The notes beneath the pieces were generated by a model, which was not told the origin of the DNA, ran no database searches, and worked only from the letters and a program-made list of their open reading frames with translations. A program made the position numbers and the translations under genes. 64,000 nucleotides of DNA from Frankiaceae bacterium (GTDB lineage: Bacteria; Actinomycetota; Actinomycetes; Frankiales; Frankiaceae): the NCBI GenBank assembly GCA_965199805.1, contig CBDATO010000001.1:891264-955263 (forward strand), given 5' to 3'. How positions within the stretch are numbered: position 1 is the first letter of the stretch; each line of letters opens with the position of its first letter. Below are positions 10,726 to 20,160 of this stretch, piece by piece.

Positions 10726-11499
10726 TCAGGGCAGGCAACCCCGACCGGCCGGCGTCTGGACGGCCACCAGCTGCGGGCTGCGGACGAGGGTGTCCCCGTC
10801 GACGACGTACGGCGCGCCCTGTCCGTGCAGGGCGAGGCCGGTGGCGCCGCACCCGTAACCGTGGGTCACGTCCACCCGCAGGACCAGCGGCCGGCCGTCC
10901 ACCGTCAGCAGCGCCAGCCGGTCGTCCCGGACCGCCACGAGGACGTCACGTGAGGCTCCGGCGACGGTCTCGAGCCGGACGGCCGCGACGCTGACGGACG
11001 CGGCTCCGGCAACCTGCGGGAGCTGAACCACCCCGAGAAGCCTCGCACCCGCGCCGGTCGGTGGCAGCCGCACGCTCGGCGAGCCGGCGACGCCCGGAAG
11101 GCTGAGTGTGGGCACCGGCCCGGCGGAGAAGACCAGACGCGACGCGGGGGACGCGAGCGAGGCCGCACTCGACGACGCGTCGGCTACGGGCGCCGACGGG
11201 GCTGCCGCCGGTGCCGACCCCGCGTCCGCCGCGCCACCGGCCGACGAGTCGGACGAGCTCCCCCGGTCGCCCACCCCCTGGACGACCAGCACGACCGCCA
11301 CCACGACGGCCGCGAGCGACCCGACCGCCGCGGCCCCCCGGCCCAGCAGCCGGGTACGCCGCCGGCGCGCGTCACGCTGCTCGGACGCCCGGGCCCGGAT
11401 GCGCGCGTGCAGCCGGGCCTCGGCACCGGGCGCGGGCTGCACCGGCTGCACCGCCTCGGCGAGCAGCCGGCGCAGCGCCTCTTCCTGCGGGTCCGTCAT
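10726..11499 (-). CDS. membrane-anchored hypothetical protein, putative anti-sigma factor
   Basis: ATGA overlap with the upstream ECF sigma gene. Short cytoplasmic N-terminus, one TM helix (AAVGSLAAVVVAVVLVV), Ser/Ala-rich linker and an extracytoplasmic domain. No recognised catalytic motif. Confidence 0.55.
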   Translation of the reverse strand: MTDPQEEALRRLLAEAVQPVQPAPGAEARLHARIRARASEQRDARRRRTRLLGRGAAAVGSLAAVVVAVVLVVQGVGDRGSSSDSSAGGAADAGSAPAAAPSAPVADASSSAASLASPASRLVFSAGPVPTLSLPGVAGSPSVRLPPTGAGARLLGVVQLPQVAGAASVSVAAVRLETVAGASRDVLVAVRDDRLALLTVDGRPLVLRVDVTHGYGCGATGLALHGQGAPYVVDGDTLVRSPQLVAVQTPAGRGCLP

Positions 11500-12080
11500 C
11501 GCAGCTCCTCGAGCTCGACGGCCAGCGCCGCGAGCCCGCGGGAGGTGTACGACTTCACCGCGCCCGTACTCACTCCCATCACCGCCGCCGCAGCGGCCTC
11601 CGTCAGGTCACCGTAATAACGCAGCACGACCGCTTCGCGTTGCCGGCGTGGGAGCCGGTGCAGCGCCTGCACGACGGCGGCCCGCTCCACCTGCGCATAC
11701 GCGCCCTCCTCGGCGCTCGGCGCGTTCGGCATCGGGCGCGGCGCGTGCTTGCGGGCGACGAGCCGGTGCCGCAGCGACGACCGCGAGAGGTTGACGACGG
11801 TCTGGCGCAGGTAGGCAAGCGCCTTGTCCGGATCGCGCAGCTTGGGCGTCGGACCGGTGATCGCGGCGTGCACCTTCAGGTAGGCGTCCTGCAGGATCTC
11901 CTCGCAGCTGCCCACGTCGTCGACGAGCAGGGCCGCGAGGCGCAGCAGCCGGGCGTACTCGGTGACATAGAGCTCGGTCAGCAGCGCTTCGGGATCGAGC
12001 GCCGCCACACCGAGCAGGCTAGGGCCTGCCCCCCTGAGGAGGAACGTCGGCCCGCCGACGCCCGCGACCACCGTGCCCAT
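11496..12080 (-). CDS. ECF-type RNA polymerase sigma-70 family factor
   Basis: Region 2 (EEILQDAYLKV) and region 4 (RQREAVVLRYYGDLTEAAAAAVMGVSTGAVKSYTSRG). The true start may be an internal GTG near 12008. Confidence 0.82.
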   Translation of the reverse strand: MGTVVAGVGGPTFLLRGAGPSLLGVAALDPEALLTELYVTEYARLLRLAALLVDDVGSCEEILQDAYLKVHAAITGPTPKLRDPDKALAYLRQTVVNLSRSSLRHRLVARKHAPRPMPNAPSAEEGAYAQVERAAVVQALHRLPRRQREAVVLRYYGDLTEAAAAAVMGVSTGAVKSYTSRGLAALAVELEELR

Positions 12081-12209
12081 GCCGGGTGAGACGCGCAGCG
12101 GCGCGCTCAGGTTGCGCCGACTGTCGGCGCGCGGCCGAACGGGTGAACGCGAAATTTCGCCGCGCGCGCCGTCCCGGCTCGGCGTGTCGGGCGTGGCACA
12201 GTACCCGAC

Positions 12210-12980
12210 ATGAGCGAGCCCAACGATCTGCTACCTCTTCGCTCTCCTGAGGAGGGCGGTCCGGCTTTCGAGCTGGTGCGTCGTGGCTACGACCGTGACC
12301 AGGTCGAAAACCACCTCGCGTGGCTGGAGGACCAGCTCCGTAACACCGAGATCGCGCGCGATGCCGCCGAGCACGCAGCCGCGACCGCATCCGCCGAGGC
12401 CGAGCTCGCCCGCGACGAGCTCGAGCGCGGCCGTCCGCAATGGCACGAGCTGGGTGACCGGGTGACCGGCATCCTCACGCTCGCCGAGGAGCAGGGCGCC
12501 GAGATCCGGGCCCAGCGCACCCGGGAGGCCCAGGAGCTGCTGAACCAGGCCCGGCAGACCAACGCCGACACCGAGCGTCAGTGTGCCGAGCTCGCCCGCG
12601 ACACCGAGCGTCAGTGCGCCGAGCTCACCCGCGACGCCGAGCAGCACGCCCAGCAGACGGTGCAGAACGCACAGTCCGAGGCCAACCAGATCGTGACCAA
12701 GGCGCAGGCCGAGGCCGATCGCATCCTGGCCCGCACCCAGCAGCAGGCCGCCGATCAGGAGCGCGCCTCGGCCCGTCGGCTGTCGGACCTCGAGCGCCAG
12801 CGTGACGCCGTCAACGCCCAGCTCACCCGGCTGCACGAGGCGCTCGCCTCCGCCCTCTCCCCGGCCATCTCGGTCGAGGACCCGGCGCCCGCAGCCAGGC
12901 CCACGGGCAAGGACGCCTTCACCGACGGCGGCGAGTACCCCGACGAGTACGCGGGCAGCAAGAGCGACTCCCGCCGCTGA
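12210..12980 (+). CDS. DivIVA-domain coiled-coil protein
   Basis: N-terminal DivIVA signature (FELVRRGYDRDQVENHLAWLEDQL) followed by a long Ala/Glu/Gln/Arg coiled coil. Confidence 0.75.
   Translation: MSEPNDLLPLRSPEEGGPAFELVRRGYDRDQVENHLAWLEDQLRNTEIARDAAEHAAATASAEAELARDELERGRPQWHELGDRVTGILTLAEEQGAEIRAQRTREAQELLNQARQTNADTERQCAELARDTERQCAELTRDAEQHAQQTVQNAQSEANQIVTKAQAEADRILARTQQQAADQERASARRLSDLERQRDAVNAQLTRLHEALASALSPAISVEDPAPAARPTGKDAFTDGGEYPDEYAGSKSDSRR
12567..12632 (+). repeat. tandem 33-bp duplication inside the DivIVA-domain gene
   Basis: gacaccgagcgtcagtgtgccgagctcgcccgc is followed directly by gacaccgagcgtcagtgcgccgagctcacccgc (2 mismatches). Encodes DTERQCAELAR/DTERQCAELTR. Confidence 0.9.
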
Positions 12981-12982
12981 GA

Positions 12983-13024
12983 GGCAGACCGCGTCAGGCG
13001 CCCGGCGTCAGGACGCGGTCTGCC
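12983..13024. terminator. hairpin between convergent DivIVA-like and SDR genes
   Basis: 13-bp perfect arms: ggcagaccgcgtc (12983-12995) and gacgcggtctgcc (13012-13024), with a 16-nt loop. The right arm overlaps the last SDR codons. No clear U-tract. Confidence 0.35.
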
Positions 13025-13772
13025 CGCCGTCCACGACGAGCGCCTGACCGGTCAGGTACGACGCCGCGTCACCGGCGAGGAACAGGGCGGGCCCGACCAT
13101 CTCGGCGGGCTCGGCCCAGCGTCCCATCGGCACCGACGCCATCATCCCGGCGCTGAGCTCCGGGTCGCCCCACAGGTCGGCGTTCAGTGCGGTGCGCGTC
13201 CAGCCGGGGCAGAGGGCGTTGACCCGGATCCCGGCGCCCGCCCACTCCAGGGCCAGCGACTTCGTCAACGAGACGACCGCGGCCTTGCTCGCCCCGTACG
13301 GCGCGAGCTCCGGGGTGCCCGTGAGCGCGGCCACCGAGGCCACGTTGATGATCGAGCCCCGGCCGCGCGCGATCATGTGCGGCCCCACGGCCTGGCAGGC
13401 GTGCACGATCGAGTCGACGTTGAGCGCCATCGTCTTCGTCCAGCCGCTGAAGCGCAGCTGCGTGAACGGCCCCATGAACGAGCTGCCGCCGGCGTTGTTG
13501 ACCAGCACGTCGAGGTGACCGAGCTGCTCGATCGCCCCGGCGACGGCCGCGTGGATCGAGTCGGCGCTGCGGACGTCGGTCTCCAGCACCACCGCCCGGC
13601 GCCCCAGCGCCTGCACCTGCCCGGCGACCTCCTCGAGGGCGGCGACGTCACGCGACGCGAGGGCGACGTCGGCACCCGCCTCGGCGAAGCCGACCGCGAT
13701 GGCCCGCCCGATCCCCCGGCTCGCGCCGGTGACCAGGGCCGTACGTCCCGTCAGGTCGAAAAGAGTGCTCAC
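13008..13772 (-). CDS. SDR-family oxidoreductase
   Basis: TGASRGIG cofactor motif, NNAG, and YGASKAA catalytic Tyr/Lys. GTG start at 13772 (VSTLFDLTGR) overlaps the stop of the upstream hydrolase (GTGA). The track start at 14147 was rejected. Confidence 0.88.
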   Translation of the reverse strand: MSTLFDLTGRTALVTGASRGIGRAIAVGFAEAGADVALASRDVAALEEVAGQVQALGRRAVVLETDVRSADSIHAAVAGAIEQLGHLDVLVNNAGGSSFMGPFTQLRFSGWTKTMALNVDSIVHACQAVGPHMIARGRGSIINVASVAALTGTPELAPYGASKAAVVSLTKSLALEWAGAGIRVNALCPGWTRTALNADLWGDPELSAGMMASVPMGRWAEPAEMVGPALFLAGDAASYLTGQALVVDGGQTAS

Positions 13773-14506
13773 CCGTGCTCCTTCGGCTCGGTCGCGTACT
13801 CGCGCGGCAGCGGCGTCACCGGCGGGTCGGTGTCGCCGAGCACGGCCCGTACGACGATGTCGAACGCCTCCTCGGTCTTGCCCACGAAGAGGTGGTACGC
13901 GCCCGGCACCGCGACGACCTGCGCCTGCGGGATGCGGGCGAAGCGCCGGCGGGCCTCGTCGGGGCGCAGGTAGTCGTCGAACTCGGGCACCACGGCGGTG
14001 ACCGGCCGGCCGAAGGCGCCCCACGCATCCAGATCGGTCTCCGCCGAGAACCGCAGCGGCGGGCTGAGCAGCACGGCGCCCTGCACGATCGGATCGCGGC
14101 CGTGCATGAGGATCAGGTCGGTGCCGAACGACCATCCGAGCAGCCACGGTGCGGGCAGGTCGGAGAAGTCGGCGAACTCGATGGCCGCGGCGACGTCGTG
14201 CCGCTCGCCGACGCCGCTGTCGAACTCCCCCTCCGACCGGCCCTCCTCGCTCTCCGTGCCCCGGGTGTTGAAGCGCAGGACGGCGATTCCGGCGAGGGCG
14301 GGCAGCCGCCAGGCGGCCTTGCGCAGCAGGTGGCTGTCCATCGACCCGCCGTGCGTCGGCAGCGGGTGCAGGCAGACGGCGGTCGCGATCGGCGCCCGGC
14401 CGACGGGCAGCGCGAGCTCGCCGACCAGCGTGAGACCGTCGACCGTCTCGAGGCGGATCGGGCGGCGCTCGGCCGGCAGGACGGTGTTGGCCCGGATCGG
14501 CTGCAC
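13769..14506 (-). CDS. alpha/beta-fold hydrolase
   Basis: 245 aa with a nucleophile-elbow-like GWSFG motif. Coupled to the SDR gene. Confidence 0.7.
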   Translation of the reverse strand: MQPIRANTVLPAERRPIRLETVDGLTLVGELALPVGRAPIATAVCLHPLPTHGGSMDSHLLRKAAWRLPALAGIAVLRFNTRGTESEEGRSEGEFDSGVGERHDVAAAIEFADFSDLPAPWLLGWSFGTDLILMHGRDPIVQGAVLLSPPLRFSAETDLDAWGAFGRPVTAVVPEFDDYLRPDEARRRFARIPQAQVVAVPGAYHLFVGKTEEAFDIVVRAVLGDTDPPVTPLPREYATEPKEHG

Positions 14507-14537
14507 GCTGCTGAACCTATGCCAGGACGCGTCCCCG

Positions 14538-14837
14538 TCAGCGCGGGTGTGGACGGCGCCGGCGGGCGGCCGGACCCCGGTGACGAGCGCGCCAGCACGG
14601 GGTGTGCCAATGCCGGCGGTTGTCCAACCCGCCCGTCTCGCCGCTGCCCGCGAAGGTCTCGGACGACGGCCAGACCACCACGTGCGGCTGACCGACCGGA
14701 ATCATCTGATCGCAGCCCGGGCAGCGGTATTCCTTGCGCGCATCCTGCCCGCGGACGGGCCGCACCACCCAATCATCATCCGTCATCCGGCAGCGCGCAC
14801 CGTTGCGCAGGGTGACGGTAATTGAGCGTTCATTCAT
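14538..14837 (-). CDS. conserved actinobacterial small zinc-ribbon-like protein (often annotated ATP/GTP-binding protein)
   Basis: 99 aa with YRCPGCDQ...RRHWHTPCW, matching a family I recall from Streptomyces and Mycobacterium. Confidence 0.6.
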   Translation of the reverse strand: MNERSITVTLRNGARCRMTDDDWVVRPVRGQDARKEYRCPGCDQMIPVGQPHVVVWPSSETFAGSGETGGLDNRRHWHTPCWRARHRGPAARRRRPHPR

Positions 14838-14860
14838 GCGCGCCGGCGGAGCTTACGGCG

Positions 14861-15202
14861 TCAGCCCATTGCGGCTTTGAATGCCTCTTGCACGGCCTTG
14901 CTGATGCGCCCACGGGGGCTGACCTCATATCCGTTCGACGCGGCCCAGGCGCGTACGGCCGCCGGGTCGAGCTCGGTGTCGACCTGGCGCAGCGGCTGGC
15001 CACGGCGCGCCGCGGGGACCGACACCCGACCTGCACGACGGGCCACGGCGACATAACTGGCGAGCGTCTCGCGCAGGGCGGAGGCATTACGCTCCGAGAG
15101 ATCGATCTCGTACGCCTTTCCGTCCAGTGCGAACAACACGGTCTCGTCGGCGTCACCGCCGGTCAGGTCGTCTTCGAGAGTGATTACGGTGCGCTGCGTC
15201 AT
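14861..15202 (-). CDS. lsr2: Lsr2-family nucleoid-associated protein
   Basis: 113 aa from the ATG at 15202. N-terminal dimerisation domain (VITLEDDLTGGDADETVLFALDGKAYEIDLS) and C-terminal AT-hook-like domain (VRAWAASNGYEVSPRGRISKAV). The 357-aa track ORF was rejected. Confidence 0.9.
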   Translation of the reverse strand: MTQRTVITLEDDLTGGDADETVLFALDGKAYEIDLSERNASALRETLASYVAVARRAGRVSVPAARRGQPLRQVDTELDPAAVRAWAASNGYEVSPRGRISKAVQEAFKAAMG

Positions 15203-15402
15203 AATTGCGAGAGTGCCTGAACAATCGGTCGTATGCAAGCGTGTCGCCGGGATTCTTCCGCTATACCGCGCTTGTCGGTGCGTGACCCCGGTGCAGCTTT
15301 CCGGGAAAGGGACGAAATCCACAGCCGGTCGTCCAATTGTCGCCGATTCCCGCTTTGCCCCGATGCCGGCCACGACGTGACGCAGCGTCGCCGGAACGCC
15401 GA

Positions 15403-16077
15403 TCAGAAGAGGGTGGGGATCGTCGGCGCGAACCCGCGCAGCGCGTCGTAGTCGACGGTGACGCACCCGATCCCGCGGTCGGCGGCCAGCAGCCGCGCCT
15501 GCGGGGTGATGGCCTGGGCGACGAACAGGCCGCGCACGGGCTGCGGCAGCAGCGGATCGTCGCTCATCCGGGCGAGGTAGCGGGTGAGCTGCTCGACGCC
15601 GTCGATCTCGCCACGCCGCTTGATCTCGACGGCCACGCTCGCCCCGTGGCGGTCGCGGCACAGCAAATCGACCGGCCCGATGCCGGTGTCGTGCTCCCGC
15701 CGCACCAGCTGCAGCCCTTCCTCGATGGTGGCGCAGTGCTCGGCCAGCAGGACCTGCAGGTGCGCCTCGACGCCGTCCTTCACCAGCCCGGGGTCGATCC
15801 CGAGGTGGTGGGTGGTGTCGTGCAGGACCTCGGCGATCGAGATGACCAGCTGCTCGTCGGCCTTGTTGACGACCCGCCAGACCTGACGCTCGCCGTCCAC
15901 CTCCTCGGTGAGGGTGCACGGCGGGGTCATCCAATTGAGCGGCTTGTACGCCCGGTCGTCGGCGTGGATCGAGATCGACCCGTCCGCCTTGACCAGCAGC
16001 AGCCGGGTCGCCTCCGGCAGGTGGGCCGTCAGCCGACCTGCGTAGTCAACGGTGCATCTCGCAATCACCAGCCGCAC
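15403..16077 (-). CDS. nucS: endonuclease NucS (EndoMS, mismatch-specific)
   Basis: 224 aa starting [21 protein letters not shown], with C-terminal nuclease motifs ([17 protein letters not shown]). Confidence 0.92.
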   Translation of the reverse strand: MRLVIARCTVDYAGRLTAHLPEATRLLLVKADGSISIHADDRAYKPLNWMTPPCTLTEEVDGERQVWRVVNKADEQLVISIAEVLHDTTHHLGIDPGLVKDGVEAHLQVLLAEHCATIEEGLQLVRREHDTGIGPVDLLCRDRHGASVAVEIKRRGEIDGVEQLTRYLARMSDDPLLPQPVRGLFVAQAITPQARLLAADRGIGCVTVDYDALRGFAPTIPTLF

Positions 16078-16095
16078 ACACCCGAGCCTAGTGGG

Positions 16096-18120
16096 CTAGA
16101 AGTCGGACGCGGCCAGCCCTTCGCGGGCGCGGAGGATCCCGACGACGTCGCGCATGATCGCCGTCATCCCGAAGTCCTTCGGCGTGTAGACCGCGGCCAC
16201 TCCCCACGCGCGCAGCCGATCGGCGTCGGCCTCGGGCACGATGCCGCCGACGACGACCGGCACGTCGCTCATCCCCGCACGCTTCAGCCCGTCGAGGACA
16301 TCGGGCACCAGCGACAGGTGCGAGCCCGACAGGATGGACAGCCCGACGACGTCGACGTCCTCCTGCACCGCCGCCGCGACGATCTGCGCGGGCGTGAGCC
16401 GGATACCCTGGTAGACGACCTCGAAGCCGACGTCGCGGGCGCGTACGGCGATTTGTTCGGCGCCGTTGCTGTGTCCGTCCAGGCCCGGCTTGCCGACCAG
16501 GAACTTCGGCCGGTGCCCGAGCTCCTGCGTGGTTCGCGTGAGGAGCTCGCGGACGTCCAGCAGGTCGGAGCCCGCCTCGCCGCCCGGCGCCGCGGCCGCC
16601 GAGGAGACCCCGGTGGGCGCGCGGTACTCGCCGAACACCTCGCGCAGCACGTCGGCCCATTCACCGGTGGTGACGCCAGCCCGCGCGCACGCGAGCGTCG
16701 CCGGCATGAGGTTCACGTCCGTGCCGGCCGCGTCGCGCAGCTCGTCCAGGGCGGCGGTGACCGCTCCGGCGTCCCGGGCCGCCCGCCAGGCGCGTACGGC
16801 CTCGCCGGCGGCAGCTCCGGTGGCCGGGTCGACCGTCTGGACCGTGTCGCTCAGGTCGGCCGTCAGCGGGCTCGGCTCCGTCGAGGTGAAGCAGTTGACC
16901 CCGACGACGACCTGGTCGCCCGCCTCGATACGCCGCCGCCGCTCGGCGTGCGCCGCAACCAGCTGCGACTTCATGTAGCCCGACTCGACGGCGGCGACGG
17001 CTCCGCCCATGTCCTGCACCCGATCGATCTCCGCCCGGGCTGCGGCAACCAGCTCCTCGACCCGTCGCTCGATGACGACCGACCCCTCGAAGATGTCGTC
17101 GTGGTCCAGCAGGTCGGTCTCGTACGCGAGGATCTGCTGCACCCGCAACGACCACTGCTGATCCCACGGCCGCGGCAGGCCGAGCGCCTCGTTCCAGGCC
17201 GGCAGCTGCAGCGCACGCGCCCGGGCGTCCTTGGACAGCGTCACGCCGAGCGCCTCGAGCACGATGCGGATGACGTTGTTCTCCGGCTGCGCCTCGGTGA
17301 GCCCCAGCGAATTCACCTGCACGCCGTACCGGAAGCGGCGCTGCCGCGGGTCGCTCACCCCGTACCGCGAGACCAGCAGCTCGTCCCAGAGCCGGCCGAA
17401 GGCGCGCATCTTGCACGTCTCCTCGATGAAGCGCACGCCCGCGTTGACGAAGAACGACATCCGGGCGCACACGTCGCCGAAACGCTCCGGTGGCACCTGA
17501 CCGGCGGCCCGCACGGCGTCGAGGACGGCGATCGCGGTGCACATCGCGTACGCGAGCTCCTGCTCCGGCGTCGCACCCGCCTCCTGCAGGTGGTAGCTGC
17601 AGATGTTGATCGGGTTCCACTTCGGGATGGCCGTGACCGTGTACGCGATCAGGTCGCTGATCAGCCGCATGGACGGGCCGGGCGGGAAGACGTACGTCCC
17701 GCGCGACAGGTACTCCTTGATGATGTCGTTCTGCGTGGTGCCGGTGAGGCCGGCGACGACCTCGGCCGGATCCTGCCCGGCTGCCGTGGCCTGCTCCTCG
17801 GCGACGACCTGGTAGAGCGCGAGCAACCACATCGCCGTCGCGTTGATCGTCATCGACGTGTTCATCCCCGCCAGGGGGATGCCGTCGAAGAGCGCGCGCA
17901 CGTCGTCCAGCGACGCGACCGGCACGCCGACCTTGCCCACCTCGCCGCGGGCGAGCTCACCATCGGGGTCGTAGCCGGTCTGGGTCGGCAGGTCGAAGGC
18001 GACCGACAGGCCGGTCTGGCCCTTCTCCAGGTTGCGCCGGTAGAGCGCGTTCGACGCGGTGGCGGAGGAGTGCCCCGCATACGTCCGCATCACCCAGGGG
18101 CGGTCACGGTGCCCGGTCAT
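16096..18120 (-). CDS. meaA: single-chain B12-dependent acyl-CoA mutase, MeaA/ethylmalonyl-CoA mutase type
   Basis: 674 aa. RDRPWVMRTYAGHSSA...GQTGLSVAFDLPTQTGYD, and a C-terminal B12-binding domain (GLDGHSNGAEQIAV). Closely resembles the Streptomyces MeaA sequence as I recall it. Confidence 0.85.
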   Translation of the reverse strand: MTGHRDRPWVMRTYAGHSSATASNALYRRNLEKGQTGLSVAFDLPTQTGYDPDGELARGEVGKVGVPVASLDDVRALFDGIPLAGMNTSMTINATAMWLLALYQVVAEEQATAAGQDPAEVVAGLTGTTQNDIIKEYLSRGTYVFPPGPSMRLISDLIAYTVTAIPKWNPINICSYHLQEAGATPEQELAYAMCTAIAVLDAVRAAGQVPPERFGDVCARMSFFVNAGVRFIEETCKMRAFGRLWDELLVSRYGVSDPRQRRFRYGVQVNSLGLTEAQPENNVIRIVLEALGVTLSKDARARALQLPAWNEALGLPRPWDQQWSLRVQQILAYETDLLDHDDIFEGSVVIERRVEELVAAARAEIDRVQDMGGAVAAVESGYMKSQLVAAHAERRRRIEAGDQVVVGVNCFTSTEPSPLTADLSDTVQTVDPATGAAAGEAVRAWRAARDAGAVTAALDELRDAAGTDVNLMPATLACARAGVTTGEWADVLREVFGEYRAPTGVSSAAAAPGGEAGSDLLDVRELLTRTTQELGHRPKFLVGKPGLDGHSNGAEQIAVRARDVGFEVVYQGIRLTPAQIVAAAVQEDVDVVGLSILSGSHLSLVPDVLDGLKRAGMSDVPVVVGGIVPEADADRLRAWGVAAVYTPKDFGMTAIMRDVVGILRAREGLAASDF

Positions 18121-18163
18121 GCTCGAACTTTACCGGCGGGTAACTCCCGGCCACCGGCTGCGC

Positions 18164-18613
18164 TCAGGCGCTGAGCAGCGGGCCCGTGCCGACCGGCCCG
18201 CGCGACGGCTCGGCCGACGCCCGCGGGGTCGGCGTGCGCCGGCTCGGCAGCCGGCGCGCGACCGCAGCGGGCTCGCGCACCGGGCCGGTCCCGGGACGCT
18301 CGACGGAGATGACCCGGTAGAGCCGGCTGATGAACAGAAGCCGCGACAGCGGCTCCGGCACCGCGACGAGGACGAAGGCCAGCCCGAGCCGCCCCGCGCG
18401 GCGGTGGGCCGCGACGAGGGCACCGAGTCCGGCGGCATCCACCAGCTCCAGCTGGGCGACGTCGAAGCGCACCGTGGCGCCCGGGACGGCGGACAGCGCC
18501 GCACTCGCATCCACGGCGCGTGACAGCACGGAGCGCAGGTCGGCCACCGTGGTGACGTCGACGCGGCCGGTCAGCTCGAAGACACCTGGTGACGTCTCGG
18601 TGCAAGAGATCAT
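18164..18613 (-). CDS. STAS-domain protein (anti-sigma-factor antagonist-like)
   Basis: 149 aa from the ATG at 18613. STAS-like core (FDVAQLELVDAAGLGALVAAH) plus a Pro/Arg-rich tail. Confidence 0.65.
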   Translation of the reverse strand: MISCTETSPGVFELTGRVDVTTVADLRSVLSRAVDASAALSAVPGATVRFDVAQLELVDAAGLGALVAAHRRAGRLGLAFVLVAVPEPLSRLLFISRLYRVISVERPGTGPVREPAAVARRLPSRRTPTPRASAEPSRGPVGTGPLLSA

Positions 18614-18811
18614 CGCGGGCCTCTCAAGTGGTCGGACGCCGCTCACCCACACGGTGCCTACAGGAGCTGCGTGTGATATTACGCGGCCGTTCCGCTCCAC
18701 GGGCGAATTTCCGCGCTCATGTCGGCAAAGCCGTTCCGGCGTCCGGCCGATAACCGAATATCCCGGCGCCCAGTTATTGCCGGATTGGTGCAGCGCTCCG
18801 GCAGACCAGGC

Positions 18812-20131
18812 TCAGGCGTCGAGGTCGTCCGGCATCGAGACGCGGGTGATGTCGGCGCCCAACCGGCGTAATTGCTCGTCGAAGCGCACGTATCCGCGGT
18901 CGATGTGCCGCACGTCGAGCACTTCCGTCTCGCCGTCGGCCACCAGGCCGGCGAGCACGAGAGCGGCACCGGCGCGGATGTCCGGTGCGCGGACGGGTGC
19001 GCCCGACAGCCGCCGACGGCCCCGAATCACGGCGTGATGGCCGTCGGTACGTACATCTGCGCCCAATCGGGTGAGCTCGTCGCAAAAGACGAAGCGCGCC
19101 TCGAAAACGTTTTCCGTCACCATTGCGACGCCGTCGCTGACCGAGGCCAACGCGATCATTGCCGGCTGCAGATCGGTCGGGAATCCCGGGTACGGCAGCG
19201 TGACGACGTCGGCCGCGCGCGGCCGGCGGTCGCACCACACCCGGAAGCCGTTGACGTCGGCCTCGACGGTGGCCCCCGCGCCGACCAGCTTGTCGAGCAG
19301 GATCTGCAGGTGCTCCACCCGCCCACCGCGGATGAAGACGTCGCCCTGCGTCATCGCGGCAGCGACCGCGAACGTGCCCGCCACGATCCGGTCGGGCACG
19401 GTCACGTGGGGGGCCGCCGGCGGGTGCAGCGTGTCGACGCCCTCGATCTCCAGGGTGGACGTGCCGACGCCCGAGAGCTGGGCGCCCATGGAGGTCAGCA
19501 GGTCGCAGAGATCGACGATCTCGGGCTCGCGGGCGGCGTTGTCGATGAGCGTCGTGCCCTTGGCGAGCACGGCCGCCATCAGCAGGTTCTCGGTGGCGCC
19601 GACGCTCGGGAAGTCCAGCCAGATCGTGGCGCCGCGCAGGCGATCGGCGCGGGCGATGAGGAAGCCGTGCTCGGACTCGACCGTCGCGCCCAGCTTGTGC
19701 AGGCCGCTGATGTGGTAATCCAGCCCGCGGCTGCCGATCGCGTCGCCCCCGGGCAGCGCCACCTTGGCCTCCCCGCGCCGGGCGACCAGGGGGCCGAGCA
19801 CCGCGATGCTCGCCCGCATCCGGCGCACCAGGTCGTAGTCCGCCTCGGTGCCCACCTGGGCCGGCACGTCGACGCTGACCGTGCCACGCCCGGGCCGGCC
19901 CTCGCTGTCACGGTGCTCGACCGTGCAGCCGAGGCGGCTCAGCACCTCACCCATGATGTCGACGTCGAGGATGTCGGGCACCGACACCAGCTCGGTACGG
20001 CCCTCGGCGAGCAGCGCGGCCGCCATGAGCTTCAGCGCGGAGTTCTTGGCCCCGTCGACCGTCACCTCACCGGCCAGACGCGCACCACCGTTGACCCGGA
20101 ACGCCTCCACGCCCGTCACTCTAGAGGCCAC
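18812..20131 (-). CDS. murA: UDP-N-acetylglucosamine 1-carboxyvinyltransferase
   Basis: 439 aa. [16 protein letters not shown], and a Cys-to-Asp active-site loop ([13 protein letters not shown]) as in mycobacterial MurA. Synteny with the PduO-type ATR and the atp operon. The start may be a few codons downstream. Confidence 0.92.
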   Translation of the reverse strand: MASRVTGVEAFRVNGGARLAGEVTVDGAKNSALKLMAAALLAEGRTELVSVPDILDVDIMGEVLSRLGCTVEHRDSEGRPGRGTVSVDVPAQVGTEADYDLVRRMRASIAVLGPLVARRGEAKVALPGGDAIGSRGLDYHISGLHKLGATVESEHGFLIARADRLRGATIWLDFPSVGATENLLMAAVLAKGTTLIDNAAREPEIVDLCDLLTSMGAQLSGVGTSTLEIEGVDTLHPPAAPHVTVPDRIVAGTFAVAAAMTQGDVFIRGGRVEHLQILLDKLVGAGATVEADVNGFRVWCDRRPRAADVVTLPYPGFPTDLQPAMIALASVSDGVAMVTENVFEARFVFCDELTRLGADVRTDGHHAVIRGRRRLSGAPVRAPDIRAGAALVLAGLVADGETEVLDVRHIDRGYVRFDEQLRRLGADITRVSMPDDLDA

Positions 20132-20160
20132 CCCGCGCCCCTCTCCGTAGGCTCGGCCCG

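Noticed and set aside
13008-14147. Long N-terminal extensions in the track ORFs: SDR 379 aa, lsr2 357 aa (14861-15934), atpH 430 aa (25439-26731), hpnG-ispH 620 aa (52893-54755), hpnD (from 58063) and polyprenyl synthase (from 58842)
   Set aside because: The extensions overlap well-supported upstream genes and are Arg/Pro/Gly-rich. Internal starts that give stop/start overlaps (ATGA/GTGA) with the upstream gene fit the homologous N-termini.
18121-18163. Cobalamin or other riboswitch upstream of meaA, meaB or glyA
   Set aside because: The upstream intergenic regions are far too short (roughly 16-45 nt) to hold a riboswitch aptamer, and I saw no conserved B12-box-like sequence.
15337-18174. 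945-aa plus-strand ORF
   Set aside because: It is antisense to nucS and meaA, both of which have unmistakable family motifs. Its translation is Arg/Gly/Asp/His/Pro-rich low complexity, typical of shadow ORFs in high-GC DNA.
18614-18811. Small gene or sRNA in the murA-STAS intergenic region
   Set aside because: It holds only an imperfect short hairpin and no ORF with coding-like composition. There is not enough evidence to call anything.
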